Positions 11,268 to 21,606 of a stretch of 64,000 nucleotides of DNA are shown in pieces. A program made the position numbers and the translations under genes. Origin of the DNA: an uncultured delta proteobacterium (GTDB lineage: Bacteria > Myxococcota_A > Polyangia > Polyangiales > B10-G4); NCBI GenBank assembly GCA_963727445.1, contig CAVSGI010000010.1, forward strand, positions 896,001-960,000, written 5' to 3'. Below the pieces are notes generated by a model. It saw only the letters and a list, made by a program, of their open reading frames with translations. It was not told the origin of the DNA and did no database searches. Numbering within the stretch: the stretch's first letter is position 1; each line of letters starts with the position of its first letter.

Positions 11268-12518
11268 ATGCTTCGCTTCGCCTCACGAGCAATCCTCGCG
11301 ATCGCGCTCGCCATGGTGGGCTGCACCGCCAACACCATCGTCAAAGCTCCCGGAGGGGAGGAGGGCGCGCCCCTCGACGGAAAGGCGGACGGCTTTCGGA
11401 GCCCGACCGAGCACGGCACGCTCCGCTTCGGCAACGAGAGCCGCGGAGAGCTGAAGGATGGGGAGAAGTTTCACTCCTGGACCTTCTCGCTCTCTGGTGA
11501 TGCGGAGGTTTCGCTTCGCACCGGCTCGTCCGACCAGAACCTCGACACCGTGCTCTATCTCTACCACCGGGCGTCCGCGAGTGACTCCTGGGGCAGCTAC
11601 GTCGAGAAGAACGACGACGCGAACGACGGCACCGTCTTTTCGGCCATCGAGAAGTCTCTGGGCGAAGGCGAGTACCGGATCATCGTCAAGGGCTACAAGG
11701 ACCAGCTCCAGGGTCCGTTCACGGTGTCGGCCGATTGCTCGGGCGCGGGCTGCGAATCGCTCTCGCCGGAGCCCGAGGTCTCGGTTCCCGCGGCCACTGG
11801 TTTCACCGAGTCGTGCGTGAACCGGCTCTGGCAGTCCTTCGACTCGAACATCCTGAGCCGCGACGAATTCAGCATCCACCCGAACGCCAGCGAGGGCTAC
11901 GACAAGGAAGTCCTCGTCGCGAACGCGCACTACGCGGGCCTCTCCGATTGGGCGGAATACGTCAGCGATGACGAGCGCGCCGACTACACCTTCGACGTCG
12001 AGCTCGTGCGCAGCGAGGACGGCGCCGTGGTCACCATGGCCGACGGCGGCGACGAGAGCACCACCGACTACGCATTCGACCGCGAGGGCCACCTCCTCGC
12101 CTATTACGTCCACAACCAGTCCCCCTGGACCGAGTACTACTGCGGTGAGGAAGGCGACGAGGCAGCCAGCGAGCCCGACGAGGACTGCCTCGACAACTGG
12201 ATCCGGAACGCCCCCCGCGACCAGGACTACGACACGGACGGCACCCAGACCTACACGCCCGGTGCGTCCAACGACGGGCTCGATGCCCGGATGAAGGCGG
12301 CTGTCCGGGTCTACATCGACAGCGAGCTCGACGGCGAGGATGCCGCGATCAACATCGAGCTGCGCGAGTGGGAGACCGGCGGCTCGTACCTCCTCAGCAG
12401 CGAGCGCGGCGCCGCGATCTCCTACGCCGTGGTGGACAGCTGGGACGGCGTCACCGTGGTCTTCGAGAGCAGCGAAAACGCCGACGGCCCGGTGATGATC
12501 TGCGAGACGTCGCGCTGA
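11268..12518 (+). CDS. Lipoprotein with PPC (pre-peptidase C-terminal)-like domain
   Basis: AAGGAGA RBS; lipobox AMVGC; myxobacterial GKAD motif; LDTVLYLY...NDD...GEYRIIV PPC pattern. Confidence 0.8.
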   Translation: MLRFASRAILAIALAMVGCTANTIVKAPGGEEGAPLDGKADGFRSPTEHGTLRFGNESRGELKDGEKFHSWTFSLSGDAEVSLRTGSSDQNLDTVLYLYHRASASDSWGSYVEKNDDANDGTVFSAIEKSLGEGEYRIIVKGYKDQLQGPFTVSADCSGAGCESLSPEPEVSVPAATGFTESCVNRLWQSFDSNILSRDEFSIHPNASEGYDKEVLVANAHYAGLSDWAEYVSDDERADYTFDVELVRSEDGAVVTMADGGDESTTDYAFDREGHLLAYYVHNQSPWTEYYCGEEGDEAASEPDEDCLDNWIRNAPRDQDYDTDGTQTYTPGASNDGLDARMKAAVRVYIDSELDGEDAAINIELREWETGGSYLLSSERGAAISYAVVDSWDGVTVVFESSENADGPVMICETSR

Positions 12519-12527
12519 GCCGCGCGC

Positions 12528-14704
12528 TCAGAAGCGAACCGACTCGCGTGTTCGCTCCCCGGAACGAATCAAGACCCGCACCCGCTTCGAAGGTCCGCCG
12601 CTGGTCGGGCGGACCTCGAGGGTGTGACGCCCCGCGGAGAGCTCGAAGTTGACCAGGGGTGTCCGCCCGAGACGGCGGCGCCCCAGGTAGACGTCGGCCG
12701 CGGGGATCGCCATGAGGTTCAGCGTGCCGGGCGGCCGCTGCTCGGCGGCGGAGGAGTGCGGCGTCGAATCCGCCATCGTCGCGACCGTGGCGGGGCGCAC
12801 GCGAGGGGTTGGCGTCTCCGCCTCCGTTTCCGTCTCCGCCTCCGTTTCCGCCTCCGCCTCCGCCTCCGTCCCTTCCCGTTCCCGTTCCCGCTCTTCCCGT
12901 TCCCGTTCCCGCTTCCCGTTCCCGTTCCCGTTCCCGTTCCCGTTCCCGTTCCCGCTCCCGCTCCCGTTCCCGTTCCCGTCCCCGTCTCTGCCGTCGTCCC
13001 CGTCCCTTCGAGCGGCGTGAGCGGCACCACCACCTCCTCATCGCTGTCGCTGCTCGCCCAATAGAGGCCGGCCCCAGCGAGGAGGGCGAGGCAGAGCAGG
13101 GCGCCGAGGGCCCCGATCAGCACGAGGGGGGACAGGCCCGAGGGCTGCTTCGCGGACGGGGCGTAGGGGGTGGCGATCGGTGGTGGCGCCGGGCTGAAGT
13201 CTCCGCCGCTCGACGCCGGCTGCGCGGCAGGCGCGGGCGCCGGTTCCTCTCGAAGGGCAGGCGCGTTGGGCACGGTGGGGACCGCCATGTCCTGATCCGC
13301 GATGTCGCCTGGTGCCCCGGGGATCGTCTGGAGCAGATTTTCGAGCGGCTCGCTCGGAGCGGTGGTGGCATCGAAATCGGACTCGGCGCGATCCGCGGGT
13401 GGCTCGGTCCCTCGCTCCGAGACCGCGCCCTGCCGCGCCGCCAGCGCCGGGCGCAGGCCGGAGACGGGTTGTGTTCCCGGTGGCGCCATCACTGCCATCG
13501 ACGGTGGGTCGGCGACCTGCGTCGCCCCGTCCTCGTCGTCCTCATCGGACTCGGGCGGGGGCGCGACGGCCATGCCCGACCGCGCCTCGGGGAGCTGGAT
13601 CTCGGCCTGGGTATCGGACGGGGCGACGCCCTCCTCCGGGGTGCCGCGTACGCGACTCGCCACGCTGCTCTCGCTCTCGAGGTCCACCTCCGGCACCGGT
13701 CCCGGCACGTCGGCGTCGCTGCTCTGCAGCATCAGGTCCCGCTTCGCGAGCTTCTCGGCGAAGTGCTGCCGCATCCACATCGACACCTGGCGCGCGCCCG
13801 CGGGACGGCCGGCACTGTAGAGAAACTCCTCCAGCTGGCCCCCCAGGTCGGCGGCCGACGCAGTGCGCGCGTCGAGATCGCGCTCGAGCGTTTGCATCAC
13901 CGCCGCCTCGAGGGCGGGGGGATAGTCGGAGACGAGGGTGGAGGGACGCGGGACCTCCATCTCCACCACGTTCAACACCGTCGAGCCGTGCGAGTCCGTG
14001 CGGAAGAGCCGCTGACCGGTCGTCGACTCCCAGAGCACCACCCCGAGCGCCCACACGTCGGCGCGGTGGTCGACGTTCTGGTTGCGGACCTGCTCCGGCG
14101 CCATGTAGCTGAGCTTGCCCTTGATCTCCCCGGCGTCGGTGGAGGTGAGCCGTCCGCGCGCGCGAGCGATGCCGAAGTCCACGACCTTCGACTGGCCTTG
14201 ATAGAGCACCTGAATGTTCTGCGGCGAGACGTCGCGATGGACGACGCCGAGGGGCCTGCCCGCCTCCCTGAGCTCGTGCGCGGCCGAGAGCCCCATCGCC
14301 GCGTCGAGGACCACGCGGGCAGCGAGCCAGGGCTCGACGGGCTTCTTTTCCCGGAAAGCACGGCGCATGACGCTCGAAAAGGACTCGCCGTGGAGATACT
14401 CCATGACGAGGTAGAGGACGCCGTTCTGCTCGCCGAAATCGAGCATGGCGCACACGTTCGGGTGGTGGATCTTGGCCGAGACCCGCGCCTCGTCGAGGAG
14501 CATGTGGGCGAAACGCCGCTGCTCCGTGAGGTGAGGATGGACCACCTTCACCGCCACCCAGCGCTCGAAGCCGTGCGTGCCCTCGAGCTGCGCGAGGTAC
14601 ACCGAGGCCATCCCGCCCTGTGCGATGCGATAGCGAAGTCGGTAGCGTCCGAGACGCCGGCCCTCGAGGGAGGGGGCCGAGACCTGTTCGCCCGCCGTCA
14701 CCAA
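12528..14704 (-). CDS. Membrane Ser/Thr protein kinase with C-terminal PEGA-like domain (two +1 frameshifts in the low-complexity linker at about 12913 and 12873)
   Basis: IAQGGMASVY, VAVK, HRDVSPQN, DFG and YMAPE motifs; TM helix; Thr-Gly / Glu-Ala linker. The PEGA-like end (ADVYLG..LGRTP..LSAGRHTLEV) is in ORF 12528-12800. Confidence 0.85.
12815..12990. repeat. Hexanucleotide tandem repeats (TTCCCG)n and (CCTCCG)n encoding the kinase extracellular linker
   Basis: Read directly; encode (TG)n and (EA/ET)n on the minus strand. Confidence 0.9.
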
Positions 14705-15474
14705 CCCTCCACGCTCGTGTCGCCAAAGGACGCCTGATCGCCACCGCCACCCGCCACCACGGCGACGACCAGGATCACGATCCCGAGCGCGGCCAGCGCG
14801 CCCGCGCCCGCGACGATCCAGGGCCAGAGGGGCGCGCCCTCGCCTCCTTCTCGCTCTTCTTCTCCGGCGGGGCCCAGCGCGAGGGCCGCTCCGCCGAGGG
14901 CGATCGTCTGTGACGTCGTGAAGAGGGATGCGCCCGCGCCCGTCACCGCCTCCGCGTCGCAGCTCACGTCGCCCGATGCAGTGGAGGCCAGTGAGACCGA
15001 CGGCGGCGCTCCCCGTTCGGTGTCTTCGCCGCAGCGGAGCCTGAGCTCGGTCACCAGACCTTCGGGCACGGGGGAAAGCCGCGCGGCGACCCGCGTGCCC
15101 CCTTCGCTCCGAATGGTGAGCCGGGCTGCCCCGTCCACCTCGCGCGCCGTCTCGCGCAGGAGCGCTTCAGCCGCCGGGGGGCTCCCCTCGGGGGCGCGCA
15201 CCTGGGGATCGAGAGCCACGGCCGCGCGCGCGTGTACGCGCGCCCGCTCCAGATGATCGAGCATGAGCTCGAGAGCGCTCAGGTATCGCGTGGCTTCCAG
15301 CGCGTCCTCGGGGCTCAAGGTCGCGCCGTCGAGCACGCCTTCGAAGGCCTCCACCGCCCCCTCGAACTCCGCGTCGAGGTAGGCCTGCCGCCCGCGCTCC
15401 ACCGATTGGGCAGAAGCGACGGAGCAAACCATCAGGACCCCCAGGGCCCCGACGATGGGGGACAAAATCCGCAT
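14698..15474 (-). CDS. Secreted TPR-like protein with C-terminal membrane anchor
   Basis: Signal peptide MRILSPIVG...ASAQ; GRQAYLDAEFEGA helical repeat; C-terminal LWPWIVAGAG TM segment; overlaps the kinase start. Confidence 0.75.
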   Translation of the reverse strand: MRILSPIVGALGVLMVCSVASAQSVERGRQAYLDAEFEGAVEAFEGVLDGATLSPEDALEATRYLSALELMLDHLERARVHARAAVALDPQVRAPEGSPPAAEALLRETAREVDGAARLTIRSEGGTRVAARLSPVPEGLVTELRLRCGEDTERGAPPSVSLASTASGDVSCDAEAVTGAGASLFTTSQTIALGGAALALGPAGEEEREGGEGAPLWPWIVAGAGALAALGIVILVVAVVAGGGGDQASFGDTSVEGW

Positions 15475-15490
15475 GGACTCCGCCAGGGTA

Positions 15491-17647
15491 TCAGAGGCAG
15501 GCGCGGACGGGAGAGAGGCTGGCCGTCCCCGGGCGACCCAGCTCCCCATCGGCGTTCTGTCCGAAACACACGATGGCCCCGGTGGACTTGACGGCGCACG
15601 TCGAGGCGCTGCCCGCGCCCACCGCGGTGTAGTTCGTGTCGGCGCCGACCTGTGCGGGCATGGGCGTGGAGCTGCCCCCCGAGTGACCGGTCGCCAGCTC
15701 CGTGTTGTCGCCCCAGCAATAGAGGCCCCGGTCCATGGCGATGGCGCAGCCATGGGTTCCTCCGAGAGCGAGGGAGCGCCATGGGCCCGCATCGATCCGT
15801 ATGGGTGTCGTCGAGTCGATGGACCCGAATCCGTCCCCGTAGCGATGGCGGACGCCGTTGTGCCCCCAACACCAACGGCTGCCGTCGGTCTGGAGCGCGC
15901 AGGTGAAGGCACGGCTGATTCCGCTCCCGCCGGTGGCCACCGTCTGCCAGCTCGTCATGAACCCGACGCGATCGGGCCGCTCTCTGCTCGTGGTGCCTCC
16001 GATGCCGAGCTGACCATCGGAGTTGTCGCCCCAGCAATAGAGCATGCCGCCGCCGCGGATGCCGCAGGTGTGCTCGGAGCGGGTGTCCACCATGGACCAG
16101 TCGGTACGGAACCCGACCTGCGCAGGCACCAGGGTGCTCGTCCCCGAGCCGTTCATGGCTTCCCCCCAGCACCAGAGGCTGCCGTCGGTCTTGATCGCGC
16201 AGGAGTGACGCGTGCCGCAGGAGACCATCGACCAATCGCTGTCGCTCCCGACCCGCGTCGGCACCGTGGTGTCCGCTGGGCTCCCGAGACCGGTCCCGCC
16301 ATCCGCCCCGTCGCCCCAGCAGAAGAGCTCCCCGCCGCTCTTCACGGCGCATGCGTGATCGCGACCCTCGCTCGCTTGGGCCCAGTCGGTGTCGGACCCG
16401 ACCTGCGTCGGCGTGTTGCGGTCCACAGTGTCGCCGAGGCCGAGCTGCCCGGTCGTGTTGGCACCCCATGCCCACAAAGAGCCGTCCGGCGCGATCGCGA
16501 GGACCGAGAAGCGGCGGAGATCGACGCTGGTGGCCCCGAGCGGCATGCAAGCCCCCGCAGCACATCGCTCGGGGGGGCAGGCGCTCACGTCGCAGGCCAT
16601 GCAGGTTGCGCCAGCGGCGCCACACTGCGCGACGGTGTCGCCCGACGCGCAGCTCGTCCCCTCCACGCATCCGGTGCAGCACGTGCCGCCGGCACAGGTG
16701 CCGCCGGGACAGGTACCGGCGGTGGGGGTCGTGGTGCAACGGCCTGCGCCCGTGCAGCTGTCCGCCGTGCAGGGATTGCCGTCGTCGCAGCCGGCACATC
16801 GGTCGCCACCGTTGCCGCACTGAGCGTCGTCGGTGCCCGCGATGCAGGCACCCCCGTCCCAACACCCCGTGCAGCACACGCTCGCGCGGCATCGACCGTT
16901 GGCTCCGGTGGAGTCCGTGCACGCCGTGCCATCGACGACGGCGGCCGGTACGCAGATGCCGCGTCCGAGGTCGCAGCCCACGTTGGTGCACGTGTTGCCG
17001 TCGTCGGGGCAGTCACTGTCGCTGGAGCAGGGGTCGCCCGTGACGCAACCCATGGCGAGGTCGCAGTACATGCCAGAGTCGCAGGCGGTGTCATCGGCGA
17101 TGCACGCGCCCGCGTCGTCGCAGGTCGCGCAGGAGACGCAGGAGCAGGCGACGCTGGTGTCCACCGGGGCGTCGGTCGTGGCGTCCATCATCCCGCCATC
17201 CGGCACCTGCGCATCCGCGACGCCACACACGCCGGCCGCGCAGCGCATACCCGATGGGCAGAGCGGACCGTTGATCGTCTCGAGCGTCACGACCAGCTCG
17301 CCCGAGCCGCCAGCTTCGAGGGTGACGGTGCTGCAACCCGCGGCCACTACCTGACACGTCGCGCCGTCGAAGCCGCGCCCATAGAGACCATAGGAGCCGG
17401 CGGATACCGCCGAGAAGGTGGTGGTCGTCGTGCCGCGCCGGAGATCGAGGCGCCCCACGGGGCTGCCGGGCGCGGCGCCGGTCTCTGCGAGCGTGCCGCA
17501 GGAATCGACGAGAAAGACTTCGACGCGGTCGACCTGATCGGCGAGCGCTGGTGATTCGAAACGAACCACGATCGAGTACTCCCCACCGCTGCAAGAGACG
17601 AGCAGGAGTACGAAGGCCAAGAGAAGCCAGGCAGCGTGCCGGAGCAT
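15491..17647 (-). CDS. Lipoprotein with Cys-rich repeats and RCC1/BLIP-II beta-propeller
   Basis: Lipobox LLVSC; CDDGNPCT repeats; about seven HxCA...GxLWCWGxNxxGQLG repeats. Confidence 0.88.
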   Translation of the reverse strand: MLRHAAWLLLAFVLLLVSCSGGEYSIVVRFESPALADQVDRVEVFLVDSCGTLAETGAAPGSPVGRLDLRRGTTTTTFSAVSAGSYGLYGRGFDGATCQVVAAGCSTVTLEAGGSGELVVTLETINGPLCPSGMRCAAGVCGVADAQVPDGGMMDATTDAPVDTSVACSCVSCATCDDAGACIADDTACDSGMYCDLAMGCVTGDPCSSDSDCPDDGNTCTNVGCDLGRGICVPAAVVDGTACTDSTGANGRCRASVCCTGCWDGGACIAGTDDAQCGNGGDRCAGCDDGNPCTADSCTGAGRCTTTPTAGTCPGGTCAGGTCCTGCVEGTSCASGDTVAQCGAAGATCMACDVSACPPERCAAGACMPLGATSVDLRRFSVLAIAPDGSLWAWGANTTGQLGLGDTVDRNTPTQVGSDTDWAQASEGRDHACAVKSGGELFCWGDGADGGTGLGSPADTTVPTRVGSDSDWSMVSCGTRHSCAIKTDGSLWCWGEAMNGSGTSTLVPAQVGFRTDWSMVDTRSEHTCGIRGGGMLYCWGDNSDGQLGIGGTTSRERPDRVGFMTSWQTVATGGSGISRAFTCALQTDGSRWCWGHNGVRHRYGDGFGSIDSTTPIRIDAGPWRSLALGGTHGCAIAMDRGLYCWGDNTELATGHSGGSSTPMPAQVGADTNYTAVGAGSASTCAVKSTGAIVCFGQNADGELGRPGTASLSPVRACL

Positions 17648-17697
17648 CGAGCCAGAGGATATCTCATCCGTCCGAGACTGGCCGGAATGGGAGTAGA

Positions 17698-18669
17698 ATG
17701 ACGGAGGTGGCGACTCGTGTTCCTGGCCCGGTGGCAAGAGCGGCTCTGGTGGCGACGCTCTCGCTCCTGATGGGCTGCCGAGCCGGGTTTCCGAGCGCTC
17801 TCCGCGTGGGGGACGGCGGAGGACTCGACGCGGCGGATGGCTCACCCGAAGGAGGGGCCGACGGCGCTTCGGATGGCGCCTCGCTCGATGCAGACGCGGC
17901 GAGCGGCGACGCCGACGCGAGCAGCGCCGTGGACGCGGCGGACGGCGGTGGGATGGACGCCGACAGCGGCGGTGCAGATGCCGACGGCGGCGCGGTGGAC
18001 GCCGATGGCGGCGCGGACGCCGATGGAGGTGCCGATGCGTCGGACGCCGCTTCCGACGCGACCATCGGGTGCGACCCGTTCACCGCGGACTGCAACGGAG
18101 ACTCGATCGACGGGTGCGAGACCTCGCTCCTGACCAACAGCGATTGCGGCGGCTGCGGCGTCCCGTGCGCGCTCCCCAACGCCGTCACCTCCTGCGCGAC
18201 GGGGAGCTGCGAGCTCCTTCGATGTCGCGTCGACTTCGGCGACTGCGACGGCGTGGCGTCCAACGGATGCGAAGCATCGGCGATGCATTTCTGGCCGGAT
18301 GCGGACGGAGACACCTGGGGAGAGATCGGCGCGTCGACCTATTTCTGCTCACCGCCCTACCCCATGACGGGTTGGGCGAATCGGGGAGGCGACTGCGACG
18401 ACATGGACAGCCGCGCCTTTCCCGGACAGACGATGTTCTTCGAGACGCCGCGAGTCTCCGGCGGATACGACTACGACTGCAATGGTGCGGAGCTCCGACA
18501 GTGGGGCATGATGATGACCTGCATCTCGGGGCCGACGTGCTTGATCCGCGACATCGGATGGCGCTTCCTCGTGCCGACCTGTGGTGTCGGCTCGGAGTGG
18601 GTCACGGATTGCACGGGCGCCAGCCCATGCGCGCTGACCAGCGAGCTCCGAACCCAGGCGTGCCGCTGA
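17698..18669 (+). CDS. Cys-rich lipoprotein with putative metal-binding motif
   Basis: Lipobox LLMGC; DADGG linker; DCNG...DGCE repeats; DADGD.WG...GDCDD...FPG motif. Confidence 0.75.
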   Translation: MTEVATRVPGPVARAALVATLSLLMGCRAGFPSALRVGDGGGLDAADGSPEGGADGASDGASLDADAASGDADASSAVDAADGGGMDADSGGADADGGAVDADGGADADGGADASDAASDATIGCDPFTADCNGDSIDGCETSLLTNSDCGGCGVPCALPNAVTSCATGSCELLRCRVDFGDCDGVASNGCEASAMHFWPDADGDTWGEIGASTYFCSPPYPMTGWANRGGDCDDMDSRAFPGQTMFFETPRVSGGYDYDCNGAELRQWGMMMTCISGPTCLIRDIGWRFLVPTCGVGSEWVTDCTGASPCALTSELRTQACR

Positions 18670-18697
18670 CCCCTCTGTCCCTGTACCATGCCGCGCC

Positions 18698-19612
18698 ATG
18701 GACACACTCGAAACGATGACCTACGAGGTCACCGATCGAATCGCGCGCATCACGCTCAATCGTCCGGCGCGCGGCAACGGCATCACCTTCGCGATGCCGC
18801 GCGAGCTCGCTGATTGTGTGGAGCGAGCGAACCTCGATCCGCGCGTCCACGTCATCGCCCTCGCGGGCAACGGCAAGGGCTTCTGCGGCGGCTACGACCT
18901 GGTCGCCAGCGCAGAGACCGAGATGGAGGGTGTCTCTCACGACGCAGCGCCCGCCGGTTCCCCCCTCGACCCGACGGTGGTGGCTCAGAACCACGATCCG
19001 ACCGACACCTGGGACCCGGTCGTCGACTGGCAGATGATGAGCCGCAACGTGCGGGGCTTCATGAGTCTCTTCCACAGCGACAAGCCGGTGGTGTGCAAGG
19101 TGCACGGCTTCTGCGTCGCCGGAGGCACGGACATGGCGCTCTGCTCGGACCTGTTGGTGATCGAGGACAGCGCCAAGATCGGCTATCCGCCCGCGCGGGT
19201 CTGGGGGGTTCCGACGACCGCGCTCTGGGTTCATCGCATCGGTGCGCAGCGTGCCAAGCGCCTCCTCTTCACCGGCGACTGTCTCTCGGGCAGGGAAGCG
19301 GTGGAGTGGGGCCTCGCGATCGAGGCGGCGCCGCGCGTGCACCTCGACGAACGATTCGAGACGCTCCTTGCGCGCATCAGCCGCGTGCCGATCAATCAGT
19401 TGGTCATGCACAAGCTCATGGCGAACCAGCCGGTGCTCGCCGGTGGTCTGTCCGCATCGCAACTCGCCGGGACCTTCTTCGACGGTGTGGCCCGGCACAC
19501 CAAAGAGGGCTACGCCTTTCGCGCCAAGGCGATCGCGGAGGGATTCAAGGCGGCGGTGAAGGCACGGGACGAGCCCTTCGGCGACCTCGGAGCGTCCACG
19601 TTCAAGGGCTGA
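18698..19612 (+). CDS. Crotonase/enoyl-CoA hydratase family protein
   Basis: ITLNRP..GN, FCGGYDL and KPVVCKVHGFCVAGG motifs. Confidence 0.92.
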   Translation: MDTLETMTYEVTDRIARITLNRPARGNGITFAMPRELADCVERANLDPRVHVIALAGNGKGFCGGYDLVASAETEMEGVSHDAAPAGSPLDPTVVAQNHDPTDTWDPVVDWQMMSRNVRGFMSLFHSDKPVVCKVHGFCVAGGTDMALCSDLLVIEDSAKIGYPPARVWGVPTTALWVHRIGAQRAKRLLFTGDCLSGREAVEWGLAIEAAPRVHLDERFETLLARISRVPINQLVMHKLMANQPVLAGGLSASQLAGTFFDGVARHTKEGYAFRAKAIAEGFKAAVKARDEPFGDLGASTFKG

Positions 19613-19716
19613 GCCGCGCTCGTTTTCCCGCGCTGAGCCTGCTTTCGAAGCGACGGGACGGACAAACCGCGTCCATCTCCTTGCGCTGTCGATCAGAAGC
19701 GGTAGATCGGCCGCCC

Positions 19717-20337
19717 ATGTTCGAGGCATTGCCGCGTCTGCTGATCCGCTCCCGCTGTTCCTCGAGCCGCCGCCTGCGCGCTTACTTCGACGAGAAGGGT
19801 TTCGCGGTGCGCCTCGAAGCCTTCGACCCCACGCGTCATGGCCGCGAGCTCGGTCGCCGCAATCCGAAGAACGCGCCGCCCGTCTTCGAGCTGGGGGACG
19901 GCCTCGTCCTCTGGGATTCGCGGATCATCATCGAATACGTCGAGGAGCTTCTCCCGGCGCCGGCCCTGTTGCCGAGCGATCTCGAGTGCCGCGCGAGGGC
20001 GCGCCTGCTCTTCGATCTCGCGGACGACCTTCTCGCCCCCGAGGTTGTCGCCTTCGCCGCCGAAACCAAGGGCAAGAAGCGTCGGGCGCGTGCCGAGGCC
20101 ATCGCCGACATCACGCGCACAATCAAGGTGCACCTCTCCCACGACGGCCCCTTCGCCGTCGGCAAGGGCTTCACCGCTGCCGACCTCAGCGCGGTTCCGA
20201 TCCTCCTCGGCGCGATCGAGCACGGCTTCGATCCGCGCGAGCTCCCGATCCGCGTGCGCCTCTGGCTCTCGACGATTCTCGAGCGCCCGAGCCTCCGCAA
20301 GCTCTTCCCCGACGTTCGCCTGGCGAACGCCGCCTGA
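19717..20337 (+). CDS. Glutathione S-transferase family protein
   Basis: NPK..PPV...DG.VLWDSRIIIEY N-domain and FTAADL C-domain; ATG 19717. Confidence 0.8.
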   Translation: MFEALPRLLIRSRCSSSRRLRAYFDEKGFAVRLEAFDPTRHGRELGRRNPKNAPPVFELGDGLVLWDSRIIIEYVEELLPAPALLPSDLECRARARLLFDLADDLLAPEVVAFAAETKGKKRRARAEAIADITRTIKVHLSHDGPFAVGKGFTAADLSAVPILLGAIEHGFDPRELPIRVRLWLSTILERPSLRKLFPDVRLANAA

Positions 20338-20348
20338 GCGGCGCTGTC

Positions 20349-20990
20349 TCAGGCCTTGGCGCGATGCGCCGACGCCTTGAGCTCATACGTCCGGAAGACG
20401 TGATCCCAGAGCGTGGTGGACACGCCGAACTTGCAGCTGTCCGCGTACTTCGGGCTGTGATGCGCGAGGTGGTGCTTGCGCAGGTTCCGGCCCCAGGCGG
20501 TCTTTGGCGAGACGTGATGGATGAAGTAGTGGCTGCAGTCGTAGTTCATGTAGCCGAGGGCGAAGCCCGCGGTGAACGCCCAGCCGAGGTCGCCCATCGT
20601 GAAATGGAAGAGGCCGAGGAAGAACCAGAAGAGGGTGATGCTCACGGCGGGCGGCATCACGAGGCGGTACGCGTCGCGGGGCCAATTGTGGTGCACGCCG
20701 TGGAGAAGGAAGTGGAAGCGCTCACCCCAGGAGGCGTCGGGCACCCAGTGGAAGGCGGTGCGATGCAGCCAATACTCGGTGAAGGTCCACGCGAGGAAGC
20801 CGCCGACCACGAGGAGCGCCGTGGACAGGACGCTGATCGACGTGAGGGTCAGCGACAGATAGGTCAGGACCGCCGCCGCCGGCAGATAGAGGATCGGCAC
20901 GATAGACCAGTGAGTCCTCGAGAATTTATCGATGAACTCACTGTCGAACATCGGCGGAGATTCCGCCGTTGGCTTCGGAAACAGTCCCAT
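20349..20990 (-). CDS. Fatty acid hydroxylase / sterol desaturase family protein (FA2H/Scs7-like)
   Basis: Four His boxes (EYWLHRTAFH, HGVHH, HYFIHH, HLAHH) plus RLVMPP and FGVST.LWD.VF motifs. Confidence 0.88.
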   Translation of the reverse strand: MGLFPKPTAESPPMFDSEFIDKFSRTHWSIVPILYLPAAAVLTYLSLTLTSISVLSTALLVVGGFLAWTFTEYWLHRTAFHWVPDASWGERFHFLLHGVHHNWPRDAYRLVMPPAVSITLFWFFLGLFHFTMGDLGWAFTAGFALGYMNYDCSHYFIHHVSPKTAWGRNLRKHHLAHHSPKYADSCKFGVSTTLWDHVFRTYELKASAHRAKA

Positions 20991-21061
20991 TCCCACGACC
21001 TCGCGCGCCTTATATAGCCCGCGATCCCCCGCGATGCCACAGAAGGGCCGAAGCCCCGAGA

Positions 21062-21556
21062 TCACTTGGTTTCGTCGGACTCCGGCAGCTCGACGTCCTC
21101 ATCCACGCCGAGAAGCTCGACGACGTCCTCGACGCTGCCCGGTCCCCCACCCAGGCTGGTCGAAGGCATCGGCATCGCGCCCGCGATGGCCCCTGGATGA
21201 AAGGCGGGATGGGTCACCACCCCCGTGGCGATCCCCAGCTCCTCCGCGGCAAAGCGATATTCCTGGTCCCGGAGGGCGGCGTCGTAGGCCAGGCCCGCGT
21301 GATACTCGAGCTCGCCATAGGGGGTGGCTTCGCACGTGGGCTCCGCGCAGGCCGCGAGCTGTGAGCCCAGAGCGAGGATCCCCGCGCCCGCCGCGAGCCT
21401 CACCGCCTTGTCGACCAGCGCACGACACGATTCGCTCGCCAGCGCCTCACGCGCGCTCGGATACGAAGCCGCGGGCCCTCGTCCCGGGGTGATCGCTCGC
21501 GGCCGCTCGATCGCCTTCGGCAGCGGCGCCGCCCCACTCTTCTTCCGCTTCCTCAT
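21062..21556 (-). CDS. Hypothetical protein (basic N-terminus, possible lipoprotein)
   Basis: GAGG RBS then MRKRKK; hydrophobic stretch ending LAAC. Fused to the upstream gene in the ORF track only because of a frameshift. Confidence 0.55.
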   Translation of the reverse strand: MRKRKKSGAAPLPKAIERPRAITPGRGPAASYPSAREALASESCRALVDKAVRLAAGAGILALGSQLAACAEPTCEATPYGELEYHAGLAYDAALRDQEYRFAAEELGIATGVVTHPAFHPGAIAGAMPMPSTSLGGGPGSVEDVVELLGVDEDVELPESDETK

Positions 21557-21606
21557 CGCCTCTTCTCTGACGACTCGGGGCGCGGAAAGTTCCTTGGGTC
21601 CTGTCC

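Noticed and set aside
9068..11500. Long antisense and alternative-frame ORFs (e.g. 9068-11500 +, 37568-40903 +, 47731-50448 +, 2389-4428 +, 5814-7985 +)
   Set aside because: Shadow ORFs expected in about 70% GC DNA; they lie opposite well-supported genes and are Arg/Ala/Gly-rich without motifs.
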